Shown here: in pieces, positions 1 to 11,387 of the stretch
How the letters are laid out: every line of letters starts with the position of its first letter
How positions within the stretch are numbered: the stretch's first letter is position 1
Assembly (NCBI RefSeq): GCF_019059575.1
Contig: NW_024881729.1
Coordinates: 480,406 to 544,405 of the forward strand
Source of the DNA: Amphibalanus amphitrite
Lineage: Eukaryota
Direction: 5' to 3'
DNA length: 64,000 nucleotides
Position numbers and translations under genes: made by a program
The notes under the pieces: model-generated
Databases searched by the model: none
What the model was told of the DNA's origin: nothing
Seen by the model: the letters and a program-made list of their open reading frames with translations, nothing else

Positions 1-1542
1 CAACACCTACAATTACGTTATTATGGTATTGACATTGTTACAATTAACCCTGCTCTTTCGAGCGTGGATGCACGCTGAAATTGTCGCATAATTCCATGCA
101 GCTTCCACCCTTCTGCAATACAAAGTTTGAATACAAAGTAGTCTTACAATAGGTTTAGAACTTATGTGCAGATTGTCGATGCTGGTTGACTTGATGATTG
201 GAATTGTGTTTATCTGTTTATCTGTTTTGACTTAAATATATGGCCATGTACTATGGCCTACCTTGGGAAGTGTCTCTGATTTCAACAAAACATTTTTCAT
301 CAGGATACGCTGCAGGGTACATAGTACATACGTAGTGAAAATTTTGAGCATGTATGGGTGCGCATGTGGAGATGTAGACTGCGAATGAGACGGACTACGA
401 CGGTTTTTGAACCAATTAAATCTGATTGACAACATAATGTAGGATTAAAAACTGACTGTCAGAAGAATATTCACAGAATATTCACTTCACCCAGTACAAC
501 GAAAAGGGAAAGTCAGGAAACAGGCAGGGTACATCTCGAAGATCAATCAAATTGCAGGTGCCGATTGGTTATGGATCATTGTAGCTCAATGTACTGCCTT
601 GTGCTGCTTTATTGATTGAAATTGCTTCCAGCTTGTATTGAAAGAAGTCATTATGGAAGAATTAAAAAGGTTCTTGAAAAATTTAAATACTTTGAATTGA
701 TATTTATGCAGAATTATACACCCGTATCATTCTTTACATGTCAATATTTGTATATTATCTAGCATATAAGAAAATAGTGGCCTCAAGTTTCTAGAAAATA
801 TCTGATTTTACTCTCAGAGCCACTGCAGATCCCTAAAAAGTTAGGAGCCGTCTTCATTATTGAATGTATAAACCCAAATAAATTATCACTGCTCAAAAGT
901 GGAAGAAATGACAAATGAAATAAAGTTTTCCTACAGCGTTGCAATCCAGATTTCAAGATAGTGATGGGCGCACTAGAAAGCAAGTAAAAGTACTCCACAA
1001 GGCAAAAGTAAGGAACAAGAATATCCTTATACTGTTTCAGAATTCGGTAACAAACATTTTTTGTGTGTTTTAAATACCCGAACAAATCGATTCCAGAATC
1101 AGTCTTGATAATATTATATGGTTTTTGTATGGTGTTGGTGGTACTTGAATGACCAAAGTCAGTACATGTCCATCACCTTTCGATATTTCCGTGGTGCTCG
1201 TTCCCATTTCATAGCTGCTCACGGTGTTTTCTGCTGACGTCATATGGTGCTGCTCCACTAGCGCCACCATACGGCGTCAGCTGGCGAATTATCCAGTTAA
1301 TACCAGAGCCCACTGGAATGCTCTTCCTGCTCATGTGGTTGAAGCGCGATCCCTGAACGAATTCAAGTCCAGGCTCGACCGCCACTGGTCCCACCTCCTC
1401 TACACCATCCACTCCAATGACTGAGGCAGTGATATCGTCATGGAGCTCGATAAGTCAGAGTCCCACAGGCCTAAGGGCCTTCAAAATTCTCGTACATCGT
1501 AAGTAAGTAAGTAAGACAAGCCCAACCTGAAGGACGACGGTG

Positions 1543-1682
1543 AAAACAGGGCGCCTGGGGCGATTTGATCAAGGTTCGTGAAATTTACACGTGACGTTTG
1601 GTATGTAGAAGGCCCACGGAGGGGGATAAGCTCCAAATGTCACGTGACTAATATGCCCTCCGGCGCCCTGTTTTCACCGGCG
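1543..1682. repeat. A small palindromic element with 17-bp inverted repeats CGGTGAAAACAGGGCGCC.
   Basis: The arms at 1543-1561 and 1663-1681 are exact reverse complements. Confidence 0.5.
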
Positions 1683-4600
1683 CATATTTACGTCTGGACA
1701 ACGAGTTGCGTTGGAGAGGCCGGAAATAGTGGCGATTTCAGGACCGCAAGAATGGACCGTCATTGGAACGATTCTTTTTTAAACCGTGCACTGTCTTCGG
1801 CCGGAATTTAATAGTTACTACAAAATATTTTGTAATTACCTTTCCACCAAGAATGAATGCCATCAGGGCTAAATTTTTAACAGTATTGCATTTTGTCAAG
1901 AAGCATATAGTGCTGTTATATTGCAGTTTTAGCGCGTTTCACGGCGCGGTTGTTACAAAATATGAAGCGAATAAGCGTCAGTGTAATTCATCAACAGTGC
2001 CAGAAGTTAACTTGAGGGAAAGCTATGCTAATTGCTCTTGTCCATCCACTAAAATTTATTAAATATTTTGTTTTGTGTATTCCAAAAGGAGAGGGAACTA
2101 TTTCATTTGTGCCTTCATGTCAGAATTGAAGGTGGATCATTAAATTTTCAACGCAGTTTACAAACAAGCATTTGGTCTTTCTCGTATATAAGCAGTGGCT
2201 AAGAAAAGGTTGATCAATCCTGAAGTTCAGTCATCATACCTCAACTTGGCAGCAAGATCCCCCAAGGACAGAGGATATATTGTAAACCTGTCCTGTTAAT
2301 CAAAACATTTTTGTGCCTGCAAAGGCTTAAGTTATCTGTGGTGTGTTCGGAGTTAGGCTATATGACCGTTTTTGTTGTATGTTTATGTGGAGATTGAATA
2401 TAACTGTGACCCTGTGCTTGTTTGTATACTTACGGTCAAACAGGGAACAGCACATTCACATAACATACTCACCCACCTAGCACCTAACTCATAGCTGTAC
2501 CCTGCAGGATCTGTACTTGTTCACGTCTCGAGCATTAACAAAGCACTAAAGTAGCTTAGTAATCATTTCCCACATTTTCTGAGCATCTAACATGACATAC
2601 AGCAGTGCAGAGCAGCTTCAGAGAAGAAACACTTCAAATGCACAGACTCACACCAGCCACCCAATGAGCCAGTTCCTCAGTTGACTGTTTCCCTGGATGC
2701 AGCTTGGAAATGTGAGCTAACTTTTGGCAAGTTGAAGGTTAGCAGGTAAGATTGAGTTAGGGTGAGTACCTAGGTACCTATAACTGGGTGCTACTGCCAT
2801 GCAGGTCTTGGGTAGGCTGCAAATATGTGTGATGATTGAGGTTAGGTCAGCTGTCAGGTTAGTCAGGTTCAGGTACCTATGCTCATTGCTCAGGTCACAT
2901 TTTTATGGACATTTGGCAAATTAAAAAACTAACAATCTAATCTAAGCATACCCGACTAAACATACACAACTACTGACTATAGGAACTGAGCACCTACCTA
3001 CTTGTGCCTACATCTCATACCATGTCAAAGTAGAGTTCCTTGGTGGAAGATTACCCTCAGTACTTTTTATCCCAGCCCTGTGAAGAAAACTAATACTTCT
3101 AAGCTCTGAGTCACTGCTGGCCATCCACAGGAAGAAACGCTGAGACTGAGAGCTTTGCCATTGTATATTGGACCAATAATGACTATCACGAATGACTATG
3201 AACACATATGATCACATCGTTGCATGGATTGTCACATTGACAATTTTACTACAATCCTTTTTTCAAGAAATACAGTGATGATGATTAACATCAAAATCAA
3301 CATAAAGTGGATTTAGTGATCCAAGCTTTCTCCTCCAGTAGCAATGTAATGATTGCATGTTTCATTTGCCAGACACTGAGTACCTGATGCACATTACAAT
3401 CTGCATAGCATCTAAGCATAGTAAAACTGCCCAAGTCCATTCATTCTAGATTTTACCTTGATAGTTAGCACTAATTTATCTTGCTGTTGTAAGTTATCAT
3501 TCAATATTCATACCAATACATCAATATGCGCTCATCAGTCAACATTTTCTGGCATGATCCTGCTCAGGGTGCTCTTCAGTATTGCTCCAAGTTCTGCAAT
3601 ATTATAGCTTGTTTTTGGACAATAAGCTCTTTTAATTTTACTTTTTCTTGCTGATATATGAGCCCGATCAACTTGCGTTTATCAACCAAAATTTCATAAC
3701 TTGTTCAACTTGATATTGATATTGCTCAGTAGTCAGGACCTCTGTCAGCCTCCTGGATACTTCAGATTGTTTTCAGTCAACATGCTTCTTAAATATGATA
3801 TAATCAATCTTAAAGGATTCAAAACATCCAACAAAACGACGTACAAGAGCAAGAAAACCACCAGATAAACTAAAAAATGGCCTTGGAACAGAGCCAAGAC
3901 GTGCTGCTCCATTTGTTTGTTTACAATGATTGTAGTGCTGATGTATTTTTAGGACTCTGAACGTCGGCTTATAAAAATGAAACGTTTTTACAAAAGTTGT
4001 AAGGCAAGTAATATTTATCTGAAAGAACTAAAATATTCAAAAGCCAAACACTATGACATACATGAATCGGAACGAAAAAGTAACCCAAAAATCCAGCCTA
4101 ATCACCGGCTCCTAAAACTGCAACACAATCAGCACTTTTCCCCGCAACTCGTTGTCCAGACGTAAATATGCTTCACCGGCGTCCAACCTGAACCTAAATA
4201 CCACGGTGACCTAAATACCAAATGTAAATAACAACATGAAGAAACACGCAAAAATGTTTGCGCCAGTCCACGTAGCAGATGCGTAATACATGTAGAGTGA
4301 GTAGAAGGTATCTGCTACTAAATGAAGATATGGAGAAAGAGCGCATCTATTCAGTCCAGCATTATGCGGATAATGCTGGACTCGTCCCCAGCATTATGCG
4401 GTTCAATAGGAGCATCACCAGAAAGGCTCACCGAGCCAACTTCTCTCTTTCGTTTGCGCTTACAGTGCTTAAGTCAGAGATGATCGGTTATATTGGCCAG
4501 AGACTAGAGCGTCCGTTTAGAGAGGCCGATAAGGGCACGCTTAGTTAGCGAAGTTCCTGTGCCGTATGTATGCGGTGTGGTAGGCGGTAGCCACAATCTT

Positions 4601-5917
4601 TTATTGAGATACATTGGTCAGATAAGGCCCAGTCAGAGATGGTCTGTTTTGCCGTTGACCGGTATGGTTAGCTACAATCGGTGAGGACTGAGACCTTGCT
4701 GGCCCGGTCCTCACGGTCGTGGGCAGAATCAGACCATGACCTGTTCGCTTACGGGCCGGGCCCGCGGTCTGAAACGGTCCGGCCCAATAGTGTCTGAATC
4801 CATGCCTTCCATACAGCGGGTAATCACTCGGTTCCGTTACAGAGACACCGTCAGGTATGGGCCAGTTTGCAGTTGTTTTTTTTTTTTCGTGGAGCTCACA
4901 TAGGGGAAGGTTAGCCCCGCCCGGTGTCCTGCCGAGCAGAGTCCGGTCTAGCACGGGTCCGGTCACCGCTGAGCTCACTGTCCTAGTTTTATTTTATATC
5001 CGTCTAACAGCCCAGGACCCAGGTGGTGACCGTCTAACCATGCGTGAACTGCTCTTCATGTGTGCTGAACTCTGAACTAGAGAACATAATCGTTGTGCCG
5101 CTATGTTCCGCTTACCTAATCCTGAATCCATCTTCTCCAGTTCTCCTCGTGAACGGAGTCACTACAATCGTCAATCTCCGGTAGGTATATGCATTATGCA
5201 GCATCGCTGCAGGATGTGAACGGTTAGGTACGCTATGCCTAAATACCGTTGAGTAGGCGCACACCACTCGTAACACCCAGGTCTATAGAACGGTCTGCGA
5301 ACATCACCGTTAGCGTGGTGCCGAGTTTAGCGGACTGCTACTCCGGCGAGCCGAGCTGTCAGCACTCCTTGAGAGTCGAGCCGACTGCAGTGCCCGCTGG
5401 CTGTGTCGGGTGTAGCTCAGAGGAGTTCAGCGATTCGGTAACCGATTTTTGACGGCGGTGGATCGAGGCTGTAGCGTGGTCTTTCAGTCCACAGTACGAG
5501 CAACATGTGGACAGTGCGGCCAGTGTGGACAGTGTGGACATTGTGGACAATGTGTACAGTGAGTGGTTCTGCAGCAATGGGTAGTTCAGGTGGATCGGTG
5601 ACAAGTCTGGAGATGCAGCTCGAAATGGAACTGTCCCGGCACATTGCAGTCTGGGAGGAGCAGGGTCTGATCCCTGACCGGTCCCTTACATCCCCTGGAG
5701 AGCTGCAGGAGCCTCGGCAGGTCGGAGCACCTGTGACCAACTCCACCACAGCGACAGAGAGGCTCGGGCTGCGCTCGAGGACCCGGCGCCGCGTGCCCGT
5801 CCTCTACATGAAGAAAAACAACAAGAAACGACCGTGTGTGAACACAGGCGGAATTCTGTCCGGATTCAACAGCTTCAACTATCTCAGCTTCGTCGTGGGC
5901 ATAATGACGCTGGTGTT

Positions 5918-6012
5918 GAATATCAATAACAACATCAATAATAACAATAATAACAACAACAATAATAATAACAACAATCTGGACAATAATAATGTGAACG
6001 CCAACTTGAACA
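5918..6012 (+). repeat. An (AAT/AAC)n trinucleotide tract encoding poly-Asn within ORF 5505-6050.
   Basis: The sequence reads aataataacaataataacaacaacaataataataacaacaat... and ends at a possible GTAAGG donor at 6031. Confidence 0.8.
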
Positions 6013-6061
6013 GCAACAACGCAAATCAGGTAAGGATGTCCTTCGAATAATAAAGTAACAA

Positions 6062-7352
6062 AGTACCATGGGCGTCGAAACCGGGGGGGACGGGGGGGAC
6101 GCGTCCCCCCCAGTCGAGGAATCCGGGGGGGACGTCCCCCGCAAAAATATCCTCATGAATGATTAAAAAAGTGATCAACGAAATTGGTGTATTGTCGTTT
6201 TGGGATGAAATTGCGGATACCTACTCGTATACAAATTGAATCATGCGAATTGCTGACACTGCACTTGCTTGCAGGGCTGCGGAGTAGATTGATTTTGGTA
6301 GCTCTGACTCCGGCTTTTAAAAAATCGCTCGGAGTCCCCACCCCATCTCCGATCACGGCATCCCTCGGCCCGCATCGGAGTGAAAAACATGTGATGTGAT
6401 GCTTTTGTCTCTTTGAACATTTCTTGGCACGTTAAAAGATAACATTACCTACGAGGTGCAGCTCTGGACTGTCCGTCCCAGGTCCTCGATAGGGAGCCAA
6501 AGCTCCAGTTGTAGGGGCGACCATATTCAACAAGGGCTGAAGATCTGTCCCAAAGTCTCAAGCTTGCAAAGACCACACATTTTATGTAGGATATTCGTAA
6601 TAGTCAAGACCTTCAGCTCACTCTCAAACGGCCCTCTTCCCGTTCAAGGCCATCCGACAGCAGAAGGTCTCACCATGTCCTTTGAACGCTTGATGCTTGA
6701 GGGTGAGAGGACCTCGTCCTGGTCTGAGAGAGCCCAAGAGGATGTAATACTCAGTATGGTCCTACATTGGTCTTACCATGACCCGGCCTTCAATCACCAC
6801 AGCCAACAGAATCTCCAGCTTTTATCCGACCCATCCTCGGGGATGACGTTGACTCTGACTTCAGAGTTGAAGTCTGGTACGACTTTGGTGACTCCAACTC
6901 CGTATCCGACCAAAACCGTCGACTACGACCGAAGTCGACTCCGACCCCGCGGTCCTGCAGCTACACTGCACAGAGTTTCAAACTTCTTGGAAATAAGCTG
7001 TACCTATGGTTGACAGAGGACCACACGATTTTTTAGAGGCAGGGCTGCTGGACTTGGTGACCAGATCCTAACTGTCCTGGTATCAAACTTATTACTCGGG
7101 ATGCAAAATTTATGCCTTTTGGGACTGTTTTGCAAAGAGTTTTTGCCAATTTTCGCGGCGCTTCGCGCCGCCAATTCATGCACAGATAGAAAAGAGTGTG
7201 ACTAATAACGCCTCCACGCGAGAACATGAGAACATGTGTATTGTGTATGCGTTATAAGTAGTGCATAGGCCTGAAATTGTACGGTAACTAGCTTTTGGGT
7301 TTTTAGTCAGCCAATCCGTCCCCCCCAGTCAAAAATCCGTGGCGACGCCCCT
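6062..7352. mobile_element. A possible ~1.3 kb MITE-like element with GGCGTCG...GGGGGGGA inverted ends and internal G/C palindromes.
   Basis: 6062 ggcgtcgaaaccgggggggacggggggga matches the reverse complement of 7322-7352 (tcccccccagtcaaaaatccgtggcgacgcc). The hairpins GGGGGGGACGCGTCCCCCCC and GGGGGACGTCCCCC lie at 6095-6140. Confidence 0.25.
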
Positions 7353-7717
7353 GCAAAGTACCTACATCAAATATATTTTGGAAATATATTTTATATGATA
7401 TATTAGAGGCAATTTCATTCGAATTTTTGGATAAGCACCTTACATGCTTAATAATTATGAAGTTTTGTGAAAAACCATCAATTTGGCGTGTAATTATTTA
7501 TGGATTCTACCGTTTAACGTTTGATAATCAATCGTTTATTATTGTATAACCGTTTATTATTGTTTATTGATGTACGATAAGAAAGAAATGTCCAACCGTT
7601 TAATCTGCACATTATAGGTCTTCCAGCAGGCACTCTGCTTCACTTGTATTTAAAGCAGCAAGTTGAACATGTTGCATGCACCGTTTTTTTTTTCTCTCTC
7701 TCTCTCTCTACCCACAG

Positions 7718-7836
7718 GTGAACATCATGCCGCCGGGCCGTCGAAGGAGACGGAGACGGAGACGGAGACGGCGCAGGTCGTTCCGGGCTCACATGAAGGA
7801 GAGGCAGCGGGAGCTGGAGGACATGGTCCGCAGCTG
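7718..7836 (+). CDS. Speculative exon encoding (V N I) MPPGRRRRRRRRRRRRSFRAHMKERQRELEDMVRSW, an Arg-rich, protamine-like tract. A possible initiator ATG is at 7727.
   Basis: A (TC)n polypyrimidine tract is followed by the acceptor cccacag|GTG, with the donor TG|GTACGA at 7837. The frame is open and joins 8082-8289 in phase 2 (W SLAVHGSPP...RRGRRRRG...). There is no homology support. Confidence 0.15.
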
Positions 7837-8595
7837 GTACGATAATCGATTCGATTAATCGGTCGATTCATTCGATTCACTTTACTTATACTGTTACCTA
7901 CAGAAATGTTAGTAGTTGCCGTATAATATCCTTGTTATATAATAATTCTACATCTAGTAATTTTATATTTATGTTTTTGTGATAAGTATATGATATGTTC
8001 ATTAGCAAATAAGCAGTCCGATCAATATAACTTTCGTCCGATCAACATATACCTACTGCCGGTTACGGCATTGTGCCGCAGGTCGCTCGCTGTTCACGGC
8101 AGTCCTCCTGTCTCTCCGTCCTCCGAGAATGGCTGTCCTCAGAGGAGAGGACGCCGCCGCCGAGGACTCTCGGCAGAGCGAGAGGAGGCCGAGTGTGGTT
8201 TAAGAGTGGCCTGCACTCTGCTGGGGCCGCTCGGACACCACCTGCACGCGCACTTACGGTACGATGTGGTTGGCAAAGCACATTTGTGATTCAATTAGGC
8301 TAGCTATAAACATTATGAGGCATTGTGTAATGTTCACAATATAATTCATGGAAACATCTCATCGCTATATATGATGCATGCACCTAAATTTTATAAATAA
8401 AACACTTTTCGGCTATTTTATCATTATTGTAAGAGACGTTTGATATTCCAGATTATCAAGTAACCTTTGTAACCGCGCCGACTCTACACATTTTAAACGT
8501 ATTTAATGCGGCAAGCGCAGTAACAGTTTTCATTTCGAGGTAGGTACATTTTAAACGGGAACCCAGTAACGTATAGGCACATTTATAAACTAAAT

Positions 8596-9793
8596 TAACC
8601 CGCGCCCTGATGGGGGGCCATTTTGGCCCCCCCTGTGGTTTTTCTTAAATAGCGAGAAAACGGCGGCGCGCAGCGCCGCCAAATTTTTGGTACCTTACCG
8701 GGCATCAATTTGACACCTTCACACAAAATTTCAAGTCACAGGTCACCTCAGGTCAGGAGTTATTGAGGTCAAACTGAGGTCATGTTCGAGCAAAAATGAG
8801 CAAAAAACATGACATCTTGAAACGCTCACCAATTCTACAGTTAGCAAGCAATTTTAAAGTTCTTTATGTGGTTGTGTAGAGAAAAGACGGCGCTACAAAA
8901 CTGCTATCTCGGATTTCCGAAATTTGTGGATTTTGACCCCCAAAAATAAAAAAAATGATTTTTTTAGAAAAACTCAAAAAAATTCCAAAAAAATTCGAAT
9001 TTCGAAAAAACCGGAATATATGTGATAGTCCCTGCGCTCTTCGATATACATACCAAATTTTAGATCGATACCTCTTTTTTTGGCCAAGTTATAGCGAAAA
9101 AACTGTTACAAATTGATGACGTCAAATTTTTGAACTCAATTTTTTTTGCAATTCTAGACCTCGTAGCGCAAAACGGAGACCACCATTGAACTCCCCGTGA
9201 CGAGCTGCATCGAATCGATACCCATTTTATGCAAAAATATCAACTTTGAAATTTGACCTAATTTGACCTGACCTTGACCTGACCTTGACCTGACCTTGAC
9301 CAAAACGTGACCTAAGCTGGCCCTAAAGTCTGTCTGACCCACATAATCGCATTTGTCATGCAAAATGGACCATAAAACATGTATCACACGACACTTTCAT
9401 ATTGTGACCCCCCCCCCCCCCCCCCCCCCCAGTGACCTGACCTCTGTGACCTGACCTGGTATCAGTGACCTCAAATAGCAAAATATGTGTTTGAAGAACA
9501 TTTCTCCATCGATGATTTTCAATGAAATGCATTTTACTCGATTTTACAACGCATTTCTTGAAATGCCTGTAAACGGTGAAAATTCGACCTTTGACCTGAC
9601 CTGTGACGTCATCGGTTTGACCGAGGTCAATGAAATTGGGTCACAAGGAAGTTCCCCGTTGGGGCTATCCAACACCGTTTACCGCTTGTCGCTATGTTGT
9701 GTGGTTCTCGAGATCTGAGGGGGGGGGGCCAAAATGCCCCCCCCCCCCATCAGACCGCGTTGCTCGGCAGACCCCATCTGGGCGCGGGTTAAA
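8596..9793 (+). mobile_element. A ~1.2 kb non-autonomous DNA transposon (MITE-like), copy 1. TTAA flanks and CCCGCGCCC...GGGGGGCC TIRs suggest piggyBac-like mobilisation.
   Basis: The left end is TTAA|CCCGCGCCCTGATGGGGGGCCATTTTGGCCCCCCC and the right end is GGGGGGGGCCAAAATGCCCCCCCCCATCAGACC...GGGCGCGGG|TTAA. The interior has a (TGACC)n-like tract and a C22 homopolymer. It is ~90% identical to the reverse complement of 27070-28250. Confidence 0.7.
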
Positions 9794-11387
9794 GAACTTG
9801 ACCGTTAAACCCTTCAGTGGTTATTTTTTACCAAGTGTATCGGCTAAACAATGCTTTATCTTGTTTCAGAGATATATAATGATAAAATCTACAAACAGTT
9901 TTATTCGCACTCCGGACTTCAACGGTAGGAAATGAGTGAAATTGGAGGACGTCTGACCCCGTTTATCGGAGAATTAGGATATCGAAGCTGCGAGAAAATG
10001 CAATTTATTTTATGTGCGTTATCATTAGCCGGGTTCAAATTTGCAACTATAACCATGTGCATTGTGCACTGCATAACACATGTGTACAATTTGCAATGCG
10101 TTCTTTGGACAGATGATGATTGATGAATAATGTAATTTGGGTGGTAGCAATTTAGCCAGCTATTACCGTCGCATTGCTCTCATATGTTTTAATAAAATAA
10201 CGCTTTTGCTGCTCATTTTTTATCATGAATGTGGGTCGCGTCTACTTAGAAGCTAGAGAAGAGATCGTTTAGCGCTCGCCTACAATTTATGTTCCACGGA
10301 CGGCTGCCAGCTGCGTGATTGTTTTACACGCGCCAGGCCGTTTGTTGGCCGCCGCGGGGAGTTTCTTCGAGTTTCAATCACTCACTGTGACGGAGTGCGT
10401 GTTAGTGAGTGACGAGCGCCGTCTAACGACTCGTGACAATCCGCTCCGAGCGGCCACAGTCTCTGAGACAGATGGCCTCCTTCGGGCGCGCCTCTTCGGA
10501 CTCTAATGATGGAGCGGTGTAGCGCTATCTTCGATGCACCGTGCGACCAGCGCACGCACGAGGTTTGTGAGTTGATCCAGGTCACCCAGGATCCACCCTT
10601 TTCATGCTCACGCATGCCTCCGACATGCCATTCAGAACGTAACAGTCGTTTCATTATTTCACTTTTTGTCTTATGTTCGCGTGATGTTGACGATACACCA
10701 GGCTGTCTTGTGACTCTGTCCAGCTTGTGTAAATATACAACTGTATACTTGCCGTTGCTTTCGTGACGACTCCTCGCCGTTTCCGTCTCGGCTCCATGAC
10801 GGCTCGGTGACCATTCGTGACCGTTTCCGTAACCGTTCCGTGACCGATTCCGTGACCGATTCCGTGCCGCTGCGCTCCGGCTCGGACCGTTTCGTGACGG
10901 TTCCGTCGCCGCCCGTGGCCGGCCGTGTCCCACTGGTCCGGTGCCGTGGCCCCGTGCCACCGGCGCACCAGTTGCACGCCCCAGCTGCGTTTGGGTGAAC
11001 TAATGGCTGCTCGGGCCGCTGGTGGTGGTAGCGGTAGCGAGTGTGGGCGCCGGGGCGGGGCGGAGGCCGGACCTTCCGGGGTCCTGACCCGGCCCGTGAC
11101 CAGTCGCGTCGAGGCAGCACTGCCGCCGGCAGCGACGGTGCTGACTCCTGAGTTGGACGCCGAGAGTGAGGTTGAACTGAACGGTGTTATCTGGAAGGTG
11201 TAGAATGACGGGCACTGACGTGGTGTGAGTCAATCAAGAACGGATCGAAAACTGGACCCATGGTTGAGCCTTGTGTGTCACCTTGAACATCGTGACGCAA
11301 CCAAAATCGGTATGTAATTCCAGTGAAAAGTGAAGCTCCGTGGTTTAAGGGCGAAACCCTCCACCTGTCTCGCCTTTTAGCTCGACG

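Noticed and set aside
575-640. tRNA-like GTAGCTCAATG motif
   Set aside because: There is no B-box (GGTTCGANTCC), and no cloverleaf could be formed. I found no tRNA or rRNA anywhere in the window.
1232-1282. Near-palindrome CTGACGTCATATGGTG...CACCATACGGCGTCAG containing TGACGTCA (a CRE-like site)
   Set aside because: It is a single imperfect hairpin in AT-rich DNA far from any gene start, so a regulatory role is unsupported.
4601-5075. ORFs in a GC-rich patch (4560-5100) with a T11 tract
   Set aside because: There is no recognisable protein, and the patch is short. It is possibly a SINE or decayed repeat, but neither terminal repeats nor A/B boxes could be defined.
6456-7013. A 185-aa ORF
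   Set aside because: It has no signal, motif or splice context, and it lies inside the putative MITE at 6062-7352. It is most likely a chance ORF.
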